A stretch of DNA of 56,333 bases, the filler included, from Dugesia japonica (lineage: Eukaryota), in assembly GCA_001938525.1 (NCBI GenBank). It is 4 parts of 4 records of this genome, joined end to end, with 100 filler letters (N's around TTAATTAATTAA, not from the genome) between each part and the next. Parts side by side here need not be neighbours in the genome. Positions count along the whole stretch, not along the records: positions 10,567 to 28,783 come from MQRL01514749.1; 3 more parts are not named here. The stretch is one strand, 5' to 3'. Below the pieces are notes generated by a model that ran no database searches, was not told where the DNA came from, and saw only the letters and a program-made list of their open reading frames with translations. The translations under genes and the position numbers were made by a program. Below are positions 12,281 through 24,299 of this stretch, one piece after another (positions within the stretch are counted from its first letter, which is position 1; every line of letters starts with the position of its first letter).

Positions 12281-12975
12281 CATGAAAGATTACTATTTCC
12301 AACGGTTTTATGGAAACAATTATTTTGTGTGTCCTAATTGTAAGGTATTAGGTTTAGGTGACTACTTAAGGTTTTATAGGACACTTAAGAAACACTTGTC
12401 TTGTTTTAGTTAAAGTAAGAAGAATATATTAAAATCAATATTAGATATGCAGATGGATAACGAATATTTTGAAGCATCAGTAAATAAGATAATTAAGATG
12501 GAAAAAATAGCAGTTAAGGATGAATCAGTTGAAATAATGTTTATTGAAGATGATGTTGAAAAAATAATAATCAAGGTTGGACCAGTGGAAAAATTTTATA
12601 TGTTGTTGAAGAAATCATCAATTTAGAACCGGAAGAAGAAATATCGAATATTTTGCAGATACATACAGATTGTACAAATATTGTACAAATACTGAAGATG
12701 CAATCAATCTTGAATTTAATGATTGGAACAGTTTTGAAGTATTTGATGAATTTGATGAAGAAGGTATCTTGTTAAATGAAATCATCGATATGGAAGAGGA
12801 AAATAATCAAGTTGGTCAATCAATAATGAATAGTGATGACAACAGCATGTTACAACTATTTATGGATGCAGAAGAAGCGGAAAGTAATAATCAACTTGGT
12901 GTATCAGCAAATAATACTGTGGATGATGGAGTAATTATAAAATTGGATTTGTATCGCTGTCATAAGGATACTTAA
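12281..12975 (+). pseudogene. decayed acidic ORF with a CxxC motif upstream of pPolB (Polinton-associated)
   Basis: MKDYYFQRFYGNNYFVCPNCK... followed by D/E-rich frames with stops. Lies immediately 5' of the pPolB remnant. Confidence 0.4.
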
Positions 12976-12999
12976 AATAGATGTTTCAAGATGGAATTG

Positions 13000-15900
13000 T
13001 TGTGAAAAATTGTTACTAGAAGCTATAATAAACAAATTATTTCAGACAATAGAAGAAATGAAACAAGTTAAAATTCAATTTGGTGGTGCATGTTAAATTC
13101 AAAAGGATAACAACAACTGCTGATGGAGAAGAAGAGGAGCTTAAAACCTTTAAAATGTCAAATAGAGTCGTTGCATTAACGGATAACATTTTTGAAGATG
13201 AGATCAGCTAATTAAATGAGAAAATAACAATACGAAGCAAACTAGGCTCCAGTTGGATGTTGAATTGAATACTGGAAATTATTTTCAAAATTACAAAGGC
13301 TGGAAATATTTATCAACTTTTGGGAAAAAATTATATTTCAACAACAAAAGATTTAAAAATAAAAAGAGCAATTGGAAACATCAAGAACTATGATAATTTC
13401 TGTTTTATTTACAGTATTCTTGCTGTTACTAAAAAAGATCAAGTTAGAGGAAAGCATAGAAACCGTGTAACATTATATAAAAAATACATGTCGGAGCTTA
13501 TTTTTGATGAAGAGGATATGCCAATAAAACTAATTGATATACCAAAGTTTGAGAAGAATAATCCAGGACTATCCATCAATGTCTTATCATGGAATCAAGA
13601 ATCAATATAGAATGAAGAAGATGGCATAATATTGAAATATCCAAATTTGGATATAATACATCGTTGAAAAGTGCTAGATGGAGAGAAAATATATCTGTTA
13701 TTAATAGAAAATGACAACAGATTTTATAACACCGCAGTAATGTATCTAAATCACCTAATGAACAAGTATAATAAAAAACAAGGTGTTCGTATTCAATCAA
13801 CATGGTGTGCTAACTGTCTCAATGAGAAGCATGAACCAATTTGTGAAAAAATCAAGACAGGTACCACAATTTATACGATGCCAACAGAGAAGAACTTGAT
13901 TTTTAAGGATTATTCAAAATTTTAAGACCGTTATTTGTGATATATGCTTACTTTGAGTCAGTTTTACCTCCAGACCAGAAGCATTTCCAGAAACATTTAC
14001 CCGTTTCAGTTTGTCTGTTGTTGATAAATAATTCTTCCAACGAAACAAAATACAGACAGTTTATTGGAGATGACTGTGTGTATAAATTTTAAAAGTCTGT
14101 GGAGGAAATAAGAGAAAACATTGTGTTTACTTATTTTGAACCAAAAGGACAAAAAAGGATCAAGATAAAGAAATCAAAGCTGCAAAAATTTGTTACTTAT
14201 GCAAGAAGGAAATAAGAGATCCCGTTCGTGACTATGACCATTTCACAGGGAAATATATATAGGAGCAGCATGCAATCAATGGTCTTTCAGTGGTCTTTCA
14301 TAATTTACGAGGATATGATCTTCATCATATCCTCAAGTATGGTATTAATAAGTTCAAGAATTTGGCAATATCATGCTTCCCAACAAAATCAGAAAATTTC
14401 TATGTTTAATTGTACGGCAAAATCAAATAACAATTAAATTCATCCTCAGCTATCAGCTCATTAATTTCTCATTGGACTCTGCTTTTAAATCCTTAAAAGC
14501 TACACTTTTGACTACAGAGAAGTGTAAGAATTATATTTTATTACTAAGTCTAAGGGGATATTTCCGTACAGTTTTGCAAAGAGCTTACATGTTCTTGAAA
14601 AAACAAAACAAATTCCACCAAAATGGGAGGAAGTTAGCAGGGAAGAGTATGAGAAACCATTATCGATGTGGGAAATATTCAGTTGCACAGATTTGCTGGA
14701 CTATATGATGTTATATTTAAAGCTGGATATGTATTTATTAGCTGACTTTTACCAGCGATTCCTTGCAAAGTCTTTAGCACACAATAATTTGGAGCCGTTG
14801 AATTTCTTTGAAATACCTGGAATGTTAAGGGCATCTGCGCTGATGTCATTAGAAAAACCAATGGAGTTGTTCCAAGATAACGATATGTATACCTTTTTTG
14901 AAGGAGGTATAAGACGAGGGTTAACATTCGTTAACAAACACCATGTCGTCACTAGTGAAAATGTTGATCTTTTGTATATAGATATTAATAATCTATGTGG
15001 TTGGGCACTTAGTCAAAAGTTGCCCTTTGTTAACTTTGAATGGATCTATGATGGATTAGATAGGATTTTGGAAAAGTGTAAAAATGCAGACCTAGATTCA
15101 TTACCATATGGATACACACTAAAGGTGGACATGGTGATTCCTGCAGATACTCCAAGAACAATTACGTAGTGTGCTGGAGATTGCTGCAGATGTATCTAAG
15201 TTTAGGAGTTGAAATAACAGAAGTTTCTCGGAGAATTGAATTCAGTCAGACTTCAATTTTCGAGAATTATATTAACACCAACACAATTCTAAGATCAAAG
15301 TGTGTTACGGAATTGAATAAAAATTATTATGGTAAGTCAGTGGAGAATCTTAAAAACAGGATCAATCCGCGATTAGATAATTCGGCAAAGAAGCTGATTA
15401 CATATACAGCAAAAACCGGATTTATGAAAACTATAAAAATTGATAATGATTTGATAGCAGTTCTTCTCAATAAGGACATAGTTTGTTTAGATCTTCATAT
15501 CTACATAGGACTTGACCTCTCAAAATTGAGAATGTAAAAACTTCAGTAAATTAAGTTGGCCAAGTACAGGAAGGAATTTAAATGTAAAATTAATATTGTA
15601 GCCAGTAATACAGATAGTTTTTTTCTAGTAATAGAAAATACTAAATTAGAAAAAATAACAGCAATTATGGTGAGAGATCAGCTACTTGATACTTCAAATT
15701 ATGATAAAGATCATTCCTTTTATATTAACAGTATGAACTCAGTTATAGGGAAATTTAAAGATGAGAAAAAAGGAAAGAAATATCAAAAATAAGTATTTTT
15801 GAGGCCGAAATGCTAAAGCCTGCTCGGAGATAAGAACAACGTGAGAGCCAAAAGCATATCATTAAAGAATACAGAAATATCTCACCAGTCTTACCTTGAC

Positions 15901-16068
15901 TATTATAATGAGTACAAATCGGTCTCGGTAGAACAATTTCGAATAACCACCAAAAATCATCAATTATATAGTATAGAATCAAATAAATTAGCACTGGCAA
16001 ACACAGGCGATAAGCGAGTATGGGTAGGTAAGACTAACAGTGCCCCATATGGTCATTACAGTAATTAA
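13000..16068 (+). pseudogene. protein-primed family B DNA polymerase (Polinton/Maverick/adintovirus-type), heavily disrupted
   Basis: DNFCFIYSILA N-terminal motif and endonuclease-VII-like CYLC..RDYDHFTGKYIGAACN. Also YLKLDMYLLAD, motif A LLYIDINNLCGWALSQKLP, motif B N.YYGK, motif C NTDSF, IGKFKDE and DKR. Many frameshifts and stops. Confidence 0.9.
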
Positions 16069-16939
16069 AAGTTTTTCCCATAAAACCTTTCATTCGATCC
16101 AGACTGGTCAAGAACAATGGTATTTATTTATTTGTTTATACATGTTATTTAATTTATTTTTATTTAGATTATACTGATAATAACATATAACAATGTGTAA
16201 AAAAACATTTTTAAGAATTATTGTTGTATATTGGTGAATAAAGTATGTAATTATTTGTTTTTTTTAACTATTTAATAATCTTTTAGTTTTTTATTAGTTT
16301 TTTAATTATTTATAAGGTTTTCTTTTATTAAAAACTTGTATTAAAGAAGAAGAAAAGAAATCTAGTTGTTGTAATAACAATACATGTTTCTCATGTAAAT
16401 AGTTTTTTTCTAATTATAAATGCAATACGTAAGCAACAGAGACGCAAGAGGAATGCAACACACATTCAGTGAAAATCACGTGCCTAAGAATTTTATTTAA
16501 AAAAATTAAAATTAATTAATTTTATTTAAATTTTAGTCTTTCCGAAACATAAAAAGAGTATTCAACAACTTGCAATAATGTCAAGACTGCCCAATATCTT
16601 TGACAAATAAAATATCGCTAAAATATAACAATAATCTAAAAAAACATATCCCTCCCACTTAGGATAACTATAAAAATAATACAAAAATAAAATACACCGT
16701 AACTATGCAAATAAACCTTATATTACTAGGTTGTTATGTAAAAAACCCCTATTCTTTACTTAACCCTCTCCACTCTTAAACCTTTTTCGCTCTTTAACAC
16801 TCTCCACTCCTCAACCCTATACACTCATATACCCTATACAGATAACCTCTATACAGATATCAAAATATTTACTTATAATTTTTATATAAACTTATTAGTT
16901 ATATATGGAAAGGTTCCATGAGTTTATGATTTTTATAAA

Positions 16940-17200
16940 AAAAGTTCTATGTTTTATCATTTTATTCTCGGAATAGTTCTCAGCTAATATGTAGTTTTTT
17001 ATTAGAAATTGCACCGTTAATGAGATTTTGTATTAAAACTTTTAACACTAATGAGATTTTTTATTAAACATTGCAACATTTATGAGATGTTTTATTAAAA
17101 GTTCAACTATATTGAGATTTTTTTAAAATATTACAACGCTAATCAGATTTTTTGTTAAACATTGCTTCACTAATGAAATTTTTTATTAAAAATACAACTC
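16940..17200. repeat. second copy of the ~31-bp degenerate tandem array
   Basis: Units such as ttgcaacatttatgagatgttttattaaaa and ctaatgagattttttattaaacattgcaac match 11800-12150 in direct orientation. Confidence 0.8.
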
Positions 17201-17424
17201 AGATGCAGCACAATTGCAACACATCAACACGTGCCTGGGAATTTTTTTAACTACTCAAATCATGAAAATATAGCATTAATCTACAGAAAATCTCTCCCAC
17301 ATAGCGTAACTATGTAAATAATACAAACTATACATGGGAACTAAGTAAATACCCGGTAACAATATAAATGATAAATTAATTTTTAAAAAATTTATATTTT
17401 ATTCATTTCATATTAGCATAATTA

Positions 17425-18839
17425 TGTTGGGGTGAAACACCTGAAAATAGAAAATATACCAGCCATAGGTAAACTCGAAATTCAAAAGAATGTCACAAGA
17501 AGGAAAACGAAGAATACAGACAAAATAAGTAGTTAGACCAGTTACCAAAAGGAATAATTAAAAAAAACCGAAATTTGGGAAGACACAAACAGACTGAGAA
17601 AACAAACAAAGGACAATTAATAACGTAGGAAAGTAATTCATTAACTGAAAGAAAGAAAGTTGAAGGAAATGAATATTCAACATATAGAAAATAAATTAAA
17701 AGAATTAATTAGTAGAAGAAAACAGAAAAAATTAAATTAAATTTAGATCAGAAAAACAAAGAAATGAACATAAAAATAAATTTTATGAAGAAAATAAAAT
17801 AAAATAAAATAAATATATTTATTTATTTAAATAAAATAAAATAATTTATTTATTTAAATAAAATAAATTATATAAAAAAATGATGGACAAGAAAAAATTG
17901 GGAAATTCAAAAATACAAGTTAGAAAATCGTAACAAGATCCAGAAAGAAGTTATAAGGGTCTGAATGTTGACCAATTGAACTCCTGTAATTTTGGAATTC
18001 CAAAATTCTACCCAATAAGAAGAAATCATGTGATAAATTTAAAATAACCGGCCAATAAAAATGACAATAACTATTGACCAATAGAAAGAATAGGGGTGTA
18101 GAAGAGAACCAGTATAACTACTGATGCGATTTTCATCAAGATTATTACAAACTTTAAGCCAGTTTAGCAAATTCAATCTAATTTGTCAAATTTACCAGAC
18201 CAGTTCAACTTACCAAATTACTGAAATCCAGATTTCATTGTAAAAAGTTTAGGAGCAAAGAATTCATCCAAAGATGAATTTAACGGTAATTTCTTGTTGT
18301 TAATTACGCGCAACGATTTTCGACTCATAAATGGAATATTACGGAGGACCTTTTGGAATCGATAATGGCTACCGTCGATGCTCCATTGCAATTATTGTGC
18401 TTGCTCCGGATCGAGAGTCAGGTCATATTAGTTATATTAATTCCCAAATTTATTAAATTGATGTGTAACAAGTAAATTTTGACATCTTTAATATAGTTTA
18501 CGAGTTCAATTATTTTTTTCTCATTTAATTCGGTCTAAAATCATATGATTATGGATTTCAAATAAAAATTGTTATAGAAACGACTTAAAACCCAAATTGG
18601 TAAAACATCGAAACTAACATCAAAATGGTTCCACTAATAAAATCTAAGAATAATGATGTAAGCTGAAAAATACTATGTTAAAGTTTGATATTAAATCGCT
18701 AGGACTAAATTTCGAGTGAGAACCATAAGAAGATCTGGAGTTTTGGGGACACCAGATTAAATTCATTTTGGGGTTTACTAGGCCGACCACCTTAAGCTTA
18801 ATTATTAAAAAATCAACCCACCTAGATGAAACCCCAACA
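17425..18839. mobile_element. putative solo LTR (1415 bp)
   Basis: Starts TGTTGGGGT and ends ACCCCAACA (9-bp inverted termini, TG...CA), with an ATTA 4-bp TSD on both sides. No ORF; several CCAAT motifs at ~17970-18080. Removing it restores a palindrome arm. Confidence 0.75.
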
Positions 18840-18950
18840 ATTATAATAATTACAATTATGATAATAAGAAATTAAAAAATCAATAATTATATTAATTACT
18901 TAATTTTGTATTATCATAATTGTAATTATTATAATTATGACAATATGAAT
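18840..18950. repeat. AT-rich inverted repeat/hairpin
   Basis: ttataataattacaattatgataata (~18841) is the exact reverse complement of tattatcataattgtaattattataa (~18909-18934). Confidence 0.85.
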
Positions 18951-19159
18951 TAGCATTCTTAATTTCAAATACATTTATTATATTGAAATTAAAAAACAAT
19001 TAATATATTTATTGATTTTTTAATTTCATATTTGCTTAATTGCATTTAAAATTAAAAATGGAGAATTTTAAAATGGTGAGTTTATTTCTTTTATACGTTA
19101 ATTTAATGCAAATTTGGGTAAATCAAATAAAAAGTTCAATTATTATATGGTCAATTATG

Positions 19160-19290
19160 TTTAAAGGTTCCATAGTAATATGGTCTATGATATTTAAAGG
19201 TTTCTTAGTAATATAGTCTATGATATTTAAAGGTTTCATAGTAAAATGGTCTATGATATTTAAAAGTTCAATTAATATGGTCAAAATGTG
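19160..19290. repeat. 33-bp tandem repeat (tttaaaggtttcatagtaatatggtctatgata) x3-4
   Basis: Directly visible near-identical units. Confidence 0.88.
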
Positions 19291-19789
19291 TCAAAGATGT
19301 TTAATATGAGCTAAATAATATTTAAAAAATCTCATCTATTGAATAAGTAACAGCTGCCTTAGGATTCCTGACCATTTTGTGGATCTGAGTCTAGTCAACT
19401 ATTGACGATGATGACTGATTGTTTTTAAGACAATTGTAGTGGTGTTCAATTATGTCTAAATGTGAACGGATGGAAGCACTGCTACTGGAGATGCACATAG
19501 TTAAAACTACGCAAGCTAATCGATAAGTTCAATTATGAACGGACTCAAATTGGATGCTAAAGACCTTAATAGATTCGCTTCATCGGACTATACATGTCGG
19601 AGAAGGTAATGTAATTGTATGGAAGGAAAACAAGACAGTTACTGAAACAATGAATTATAATAAATATTAATAATTTATTTCAACTAATTAACTTAAAAAA
19701 ATTAATTAATGGCTTATTCCTTAAATACCTTTAATCAAATACCTTTGAGCATATGTATTTAGATTGTTCCATGTCATGATAATTATAGT

Positions 19790-20000
19790 GACTCTCCCAT
19801 TCTTTGCAAAAAAAGAAGACTGCAGCATCCCATGCTAAATATATAGGCTCCCCATTCTAAATATAGAAACTCCCATTACCATGCAAAATATAGATATTAG
19901 CCTATTTTCGAGTCTCCCCATACCATCCAAAATATATATATATTCCCCCATACCATGCTAAATATAGAGATTTACCCATACTATGCTAAATATCAAGACT
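19790..20000. repeat. ~27-bp degenerate tandem repeat (ctcccataccatgctaaatatagaga)
   Basis: About 6-7 diverged units. Confidence 0.75.
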
Positions 20001-20534
20001 GTTCTAAGCATATATATTTAGACTTTAAAAAAACTTTAAATTCCCAACAAAACTCCAAAAAAAATTTTAAAATTTAAATTACCCACAAAATTCCACTATT
20101 AATTAAAACAAAAAATTTCAACAATTAAAGCAAAATAATTAAATTAATTAAAACAAAATAATCAATTAATTAAAACAAAAAATCTAATTATAAAAAAATA
20201 GAAACCAATTATTTATAACAAAAAATTCCTTTATTTGAAACAAAATTTCTCCTTTAAAAAACAGATTAAAAAAAGATTCAAAAATGATTTTAAAAAAAAT
20301 TCTAAAAAAGGAAAAAGAAAAAAAGAATAAAAAAATTGATCCCAAAAACCTTGCGCGATAACTGCTTTAAAAAATTGTGCTTAAGATTGTGCTTATGCGT
20401 TACTACCCCCTACTCTTGTCCTTTATAATTAATATTAGCAATCATTAATATTATTAATAGCTTTAAAATATGTACTTCTTGTAAATAATTAGTTTAAACA
20501 ATATAAACAATGTTCTAAATAATTAAATTTTAAA

Positions 20535-20969
20535 ATGATTAAATTAAGAATTAATGCTGTATATCAAATTATTGGTCCCAGTGGTTGTGGAAAATCATTG
20601 TTTGTATGTAAATTATGGAAATCCAATTTATTTAAATAAAAATTCAATTAAATTTACTGGCATAGAGGGGCTAATGAAGAGCATGGATTGACTCAATCAC
20701 AGTTTTCTAATATAAAAATGACAATTGTAAATGGATTTGATGATAATTAGAGCAAGAGATTGAAGCCAGTTGGTTTAATTCTTGTTGATGATTTATACCA
20801 GGAAGTAAATAAGGAAAATGACTTTAACAATTTATTCACAAAAATATCAAGAAATTTTTATGTGACTGTGATTTTCATTACTCAAAATCTATTTCATCAA
20901 GTAGGTGGTCATAGAACTCTTAATTTAAATGTAAAATACTTGGTTTTATTTAAATTTTCTATCTTTTGA
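20535..20969 (+). pseudogene. A32/FtsK-HerA DNA-packaging ATPase (Polinton-type), truncated, with in-frame stops
   Basis: MIKLRINAVYQIIGPSGCGKSLFV (Walker A), LILVDD (Walker B), ISRNFYVTVIFITQNLF...RTLNLNVKYLVLFK. Three in-frame stops. Confidence 0.88.
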
Positions 20970-21650
20970 ACCAAGCATATTTTTACAGCAAACCCTATAC
21001 AAAATATGCTCAGAATTTTATTTTGAATTGAATTCTATCATTTCTAAGTCTATAGGATAAGTATCGGTCGAGAAAGTCATGGATGAAGATCAACTGTCCC
21101 AGTGCTGACATACTTTTATCTTGGAAATTAAAAATATTCATATAGCAAAGCATACATGAAAAATGTTTAGTTTTTAATTCTGAGTTCACCAATATTAAAT
21201 TTAGTATTTTATCATAAACATTTCTCGAAAAATTAATTTCCTCTCCTCGGTTTTTTTAATTTCCTCTCCTTCTATTTTACGACAAAACCTTTACAAAATT
21301 TGTTTAGAATTTTATTCTGAATTGAATGCTATCATTTTAAGTGAAATGTAATAAGTATTGACTGAGTAATTTATAAAACAAGGTCACTGTGTCAGTGCTG
21401 ACATACCATTTCTGAGAGAACCAATCATATTCATATAGCAAACCTTTTACAAAAAATGTACAGTTTTAAATTCGTAGTTCAACAATACCAAATTTTAAAT
21501 TGTACAATAGAAATTGACCGAGAAATTTTGTTTCGAAAGTTTGAATTTTTGACCTTCCCGAGCAAAAATTCGACCGTTCCAACCCGAATTTGAAAAGTTT
21601 TTTCACGTATTCGTAACAACCAATGAAAATGCTTCAAAACACTGAAATTA
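20970..21650. repeat. ~145-bp degenerate repeat block (caaaccctatacaaaatatgctcagaattttattctgaatt...)
   Basis: About 4 units followed by cttcccgagcaaaaattcgac. The same block recurs at 44880-45450. Confidence 0.75.
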
Positions 21651-22220
21651 GTAGAACAGTCAACGGCAGGGGGGCGGGGGTTATCGTGCTATTGATGACT
21701 TATCTACATACTAATACATAATTCTTTAATAAAGATTCGGTACACAAAAACTCGCTGAATTTGGAAAAGTGAGAGTTTACATACGGAGTGGGCCATGTCT
21801 TGTANNNNNNNNNNNNNNNNNNNNNNNNNNNNNNNNNNNNNNNNNNNNNNNNNNNNNNNNNNNNNNNNGAATCAAACAGAAAGGTGACAAGAAAATCAAG
21901 ACTAAAAGCCAAACGTTGTTATTTTAATTAACCCTACTGTATCATGACTATATCAGGGCGTTTAAATTTTCATTGCGATAATCTATCCCTGGTTCTTTTT
22001 GAACTTGATTTCATCGAATGTATTGAATAGTTATTTATTATTATTATTATTTGTATTAGCATTAATTATAATAATAATTTTTTCTAAAAATTTCAACTAT
22101 AAATAATATATAACTACATTAATAATTATTACTATGAATAATTACTTAAATAACTATAAATCGTTTTTCGTTTAAATATTATATTGAACTGACCTACACA
22201 ATTAATTTACTTTTTGATAA

Positions 22221-23072
22221 ATGAACGAAAATAAATTTATTAATATCAAAGACGTCTATGACAAAAAGATAGATTTTAAAAATAAATCAATTAATGGCGT
22301 AGCTCTAGATATGTGGGGTACGAAGTCAATAAAATCTCAAGAAGAAAGTTTAAATGAAAATGAATTCTTGAAATCTTTTAAATTATCTTTGTTGAAAATG
22401 ATTGTTGATAATTTAAGTATTGCAAAAATCGATATAATGGTTTACGGTGGTACAGCTCTTTCTGTATGGAGAGATGAGGGGAAAATGATTCCTCACGATC
22501 ATGATATTGATTTAGCAATTTTAGAAAAGGATTTTTTAGAAGTTTATAAATCTCTTAATAAAGAAAAGGAAATATTTGCAGATTCAATTTGTCCGTGCAC
22601 TCAAAATCCATGGTTCAATGAAGATTGTAGTGACCAAATTATTTACAATAAAGTAGGAGTGAAAAGAATGAAAGTTTTTTTTCAAGAATCGTATTTGATA
22701 TCTATGTCAAAATTTGATAGTAATTACCAAAAATTACTGAAAAATTATGATAAATCAAAACTCTGCATTGACATTTTTATGTTACAAAAACGAAACAAAT
22801 CAGATTATTTATATATAACTTGGCACCTTGATGACTTTTATGATAGCGATAGAAAAGGATTTCCGGAAAATGTTATTATACCAATGAAAAGCTATTTATT
22901 TGAAGGTATCAATGTTTTAGGACCGAATGATATACAAAAGTATTTGGAGATTGAATATGGATATTTGGGTAAAGACGCTCGATACGATTATCAACAACAA
23001 TTATATGTTAAAATGACAGAAAATGAACTGGAAATTTTATCCGATTCCATAAAGAATTACATGCTTAATTGA
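22221..23072 (+). CDS. LicD/fukutin-related nucleotidyltransferase-family protein, intronless, 283 aa
   Basis: YGGTALSVWRDEGKMIPHDHDIDLAI (GT.L...R....IP.D.D.D), CIDIF, and the C-terminal FEG..V.GPND...YL...YG typical of LicD domains. Uninterrupted ORF. Confidence 0.82.
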   Translation: MNENKFINIKDVYDKKIDFKNKSINGVALDMWGTKSIKSQEESLNENEFLKSFKLSLLKMIVDNLSIAKIDIMVYGGTALSVWRDEGKMIPHDHDIDLAILEKDFLEVYKSLNKEKEIFADSICPCTQNPWFNEDCSDQIIYNKVGVKRMKVFFQESYLISMSKFDSNYQKLLKNYDKSKLCIDIFMLQKRNKSDYLYITWHLDDFYDSDRKGFPENVIIPMKSYLFEGINVLGPNDIQKYLEIEYGYLGKDARYDYQQQLYVKMTENELEILSDSIKNYMLN

Positions 23073-24299
23073 TTCCTAGCCATATTATTGGAGTTCTACA
23101 GTTTTTACTTCACATTTTTAAAATTATTTTGACAAATGATTTTAACTGTCGTATTTTTCTTAATATATTTTATTTTATTAGTATCACACCTGTAAGGTTC
23201 ATCTCCTTTATAAAAACGATACATATTTATTTCTGATAGTGAAATTTGCGAATATTTTACGAAATTCATAAAATCAGATTAGTCTTGATATCGTGCAGAA
23301 AATGATATTTAATAATTGTATAAAATAAGAAATGAGTATCATTTACACGAATAACGAATGTAAATTACAATTATTATTTAACTTTAATTATTTGTTTATC
23401 GAGGAAATATTACTTTATTAATTTTTAAATCAATATTTCTAATCTATTTCCAGCCAAGCTTTGGAAATTTTTAAAATCAATTAATTAATTATCAATAGAG
23501 ATTTATATTGGAAAAATAAATCATGAATTTTGAAAAATAGATTCTCATTATTGATGAGAAAAGAAGAAAATAGGTGGGTAATTATAATTCTCATCAAAAT
23601 ATTTATATATAAATAAAAACTCTTGATAAATTTTTTAAAAATTTAGTGATAAAAAGAAAACTCGTAAAAATTTGAATAACAATTAAAAAAATTATCTATT
23701 TAAGCTGAATAAATATATTTTGTAATAAAGCTGTTGGAAAATACTAAATTAAAATACAAAGTAAAGAAAAAATTTCGGTTAAAAAATTTTCAGACATCCT
23801 TTAATAAAATTAATAAAAGTACACAAAATTATCACATTACTATATTATTCATAAGCAATAGTTATCATATAAGCGTAAAGAAATTATATCGTCATTGTTT
23901 TTGTAAAACTATTGGTGTGTCCTTGTGATACATACTACTAACAATGGAACTCTAAATTTAGAAGAAATAAAAAAATCAATAGGCAACATTTTTCAAACTG
24001 ATTTATTCATTTTTATAAAGTTATTATAGAAAAGTGAAAATAAAAAATCCGAAAAGCGAATTAATCAATAACTAATTTTACATAATATTTAATTCATATA
24101 TCGAATTGAAAACTATCAAGGAAATTCAGATTATGTTAATTAATCAACAAAAAGTTGGACTCAAAATAAAAATAATAATAATTGTTAAGACATTTAATCA
24201 CATCTTGATTCATTTTTTCAAATTATTTATCACACAAAAACAGTTTTAGTAATTTGAAAAGTAGTCAACTTAATAGTGATAATAAAAGTGATTAAGGAA

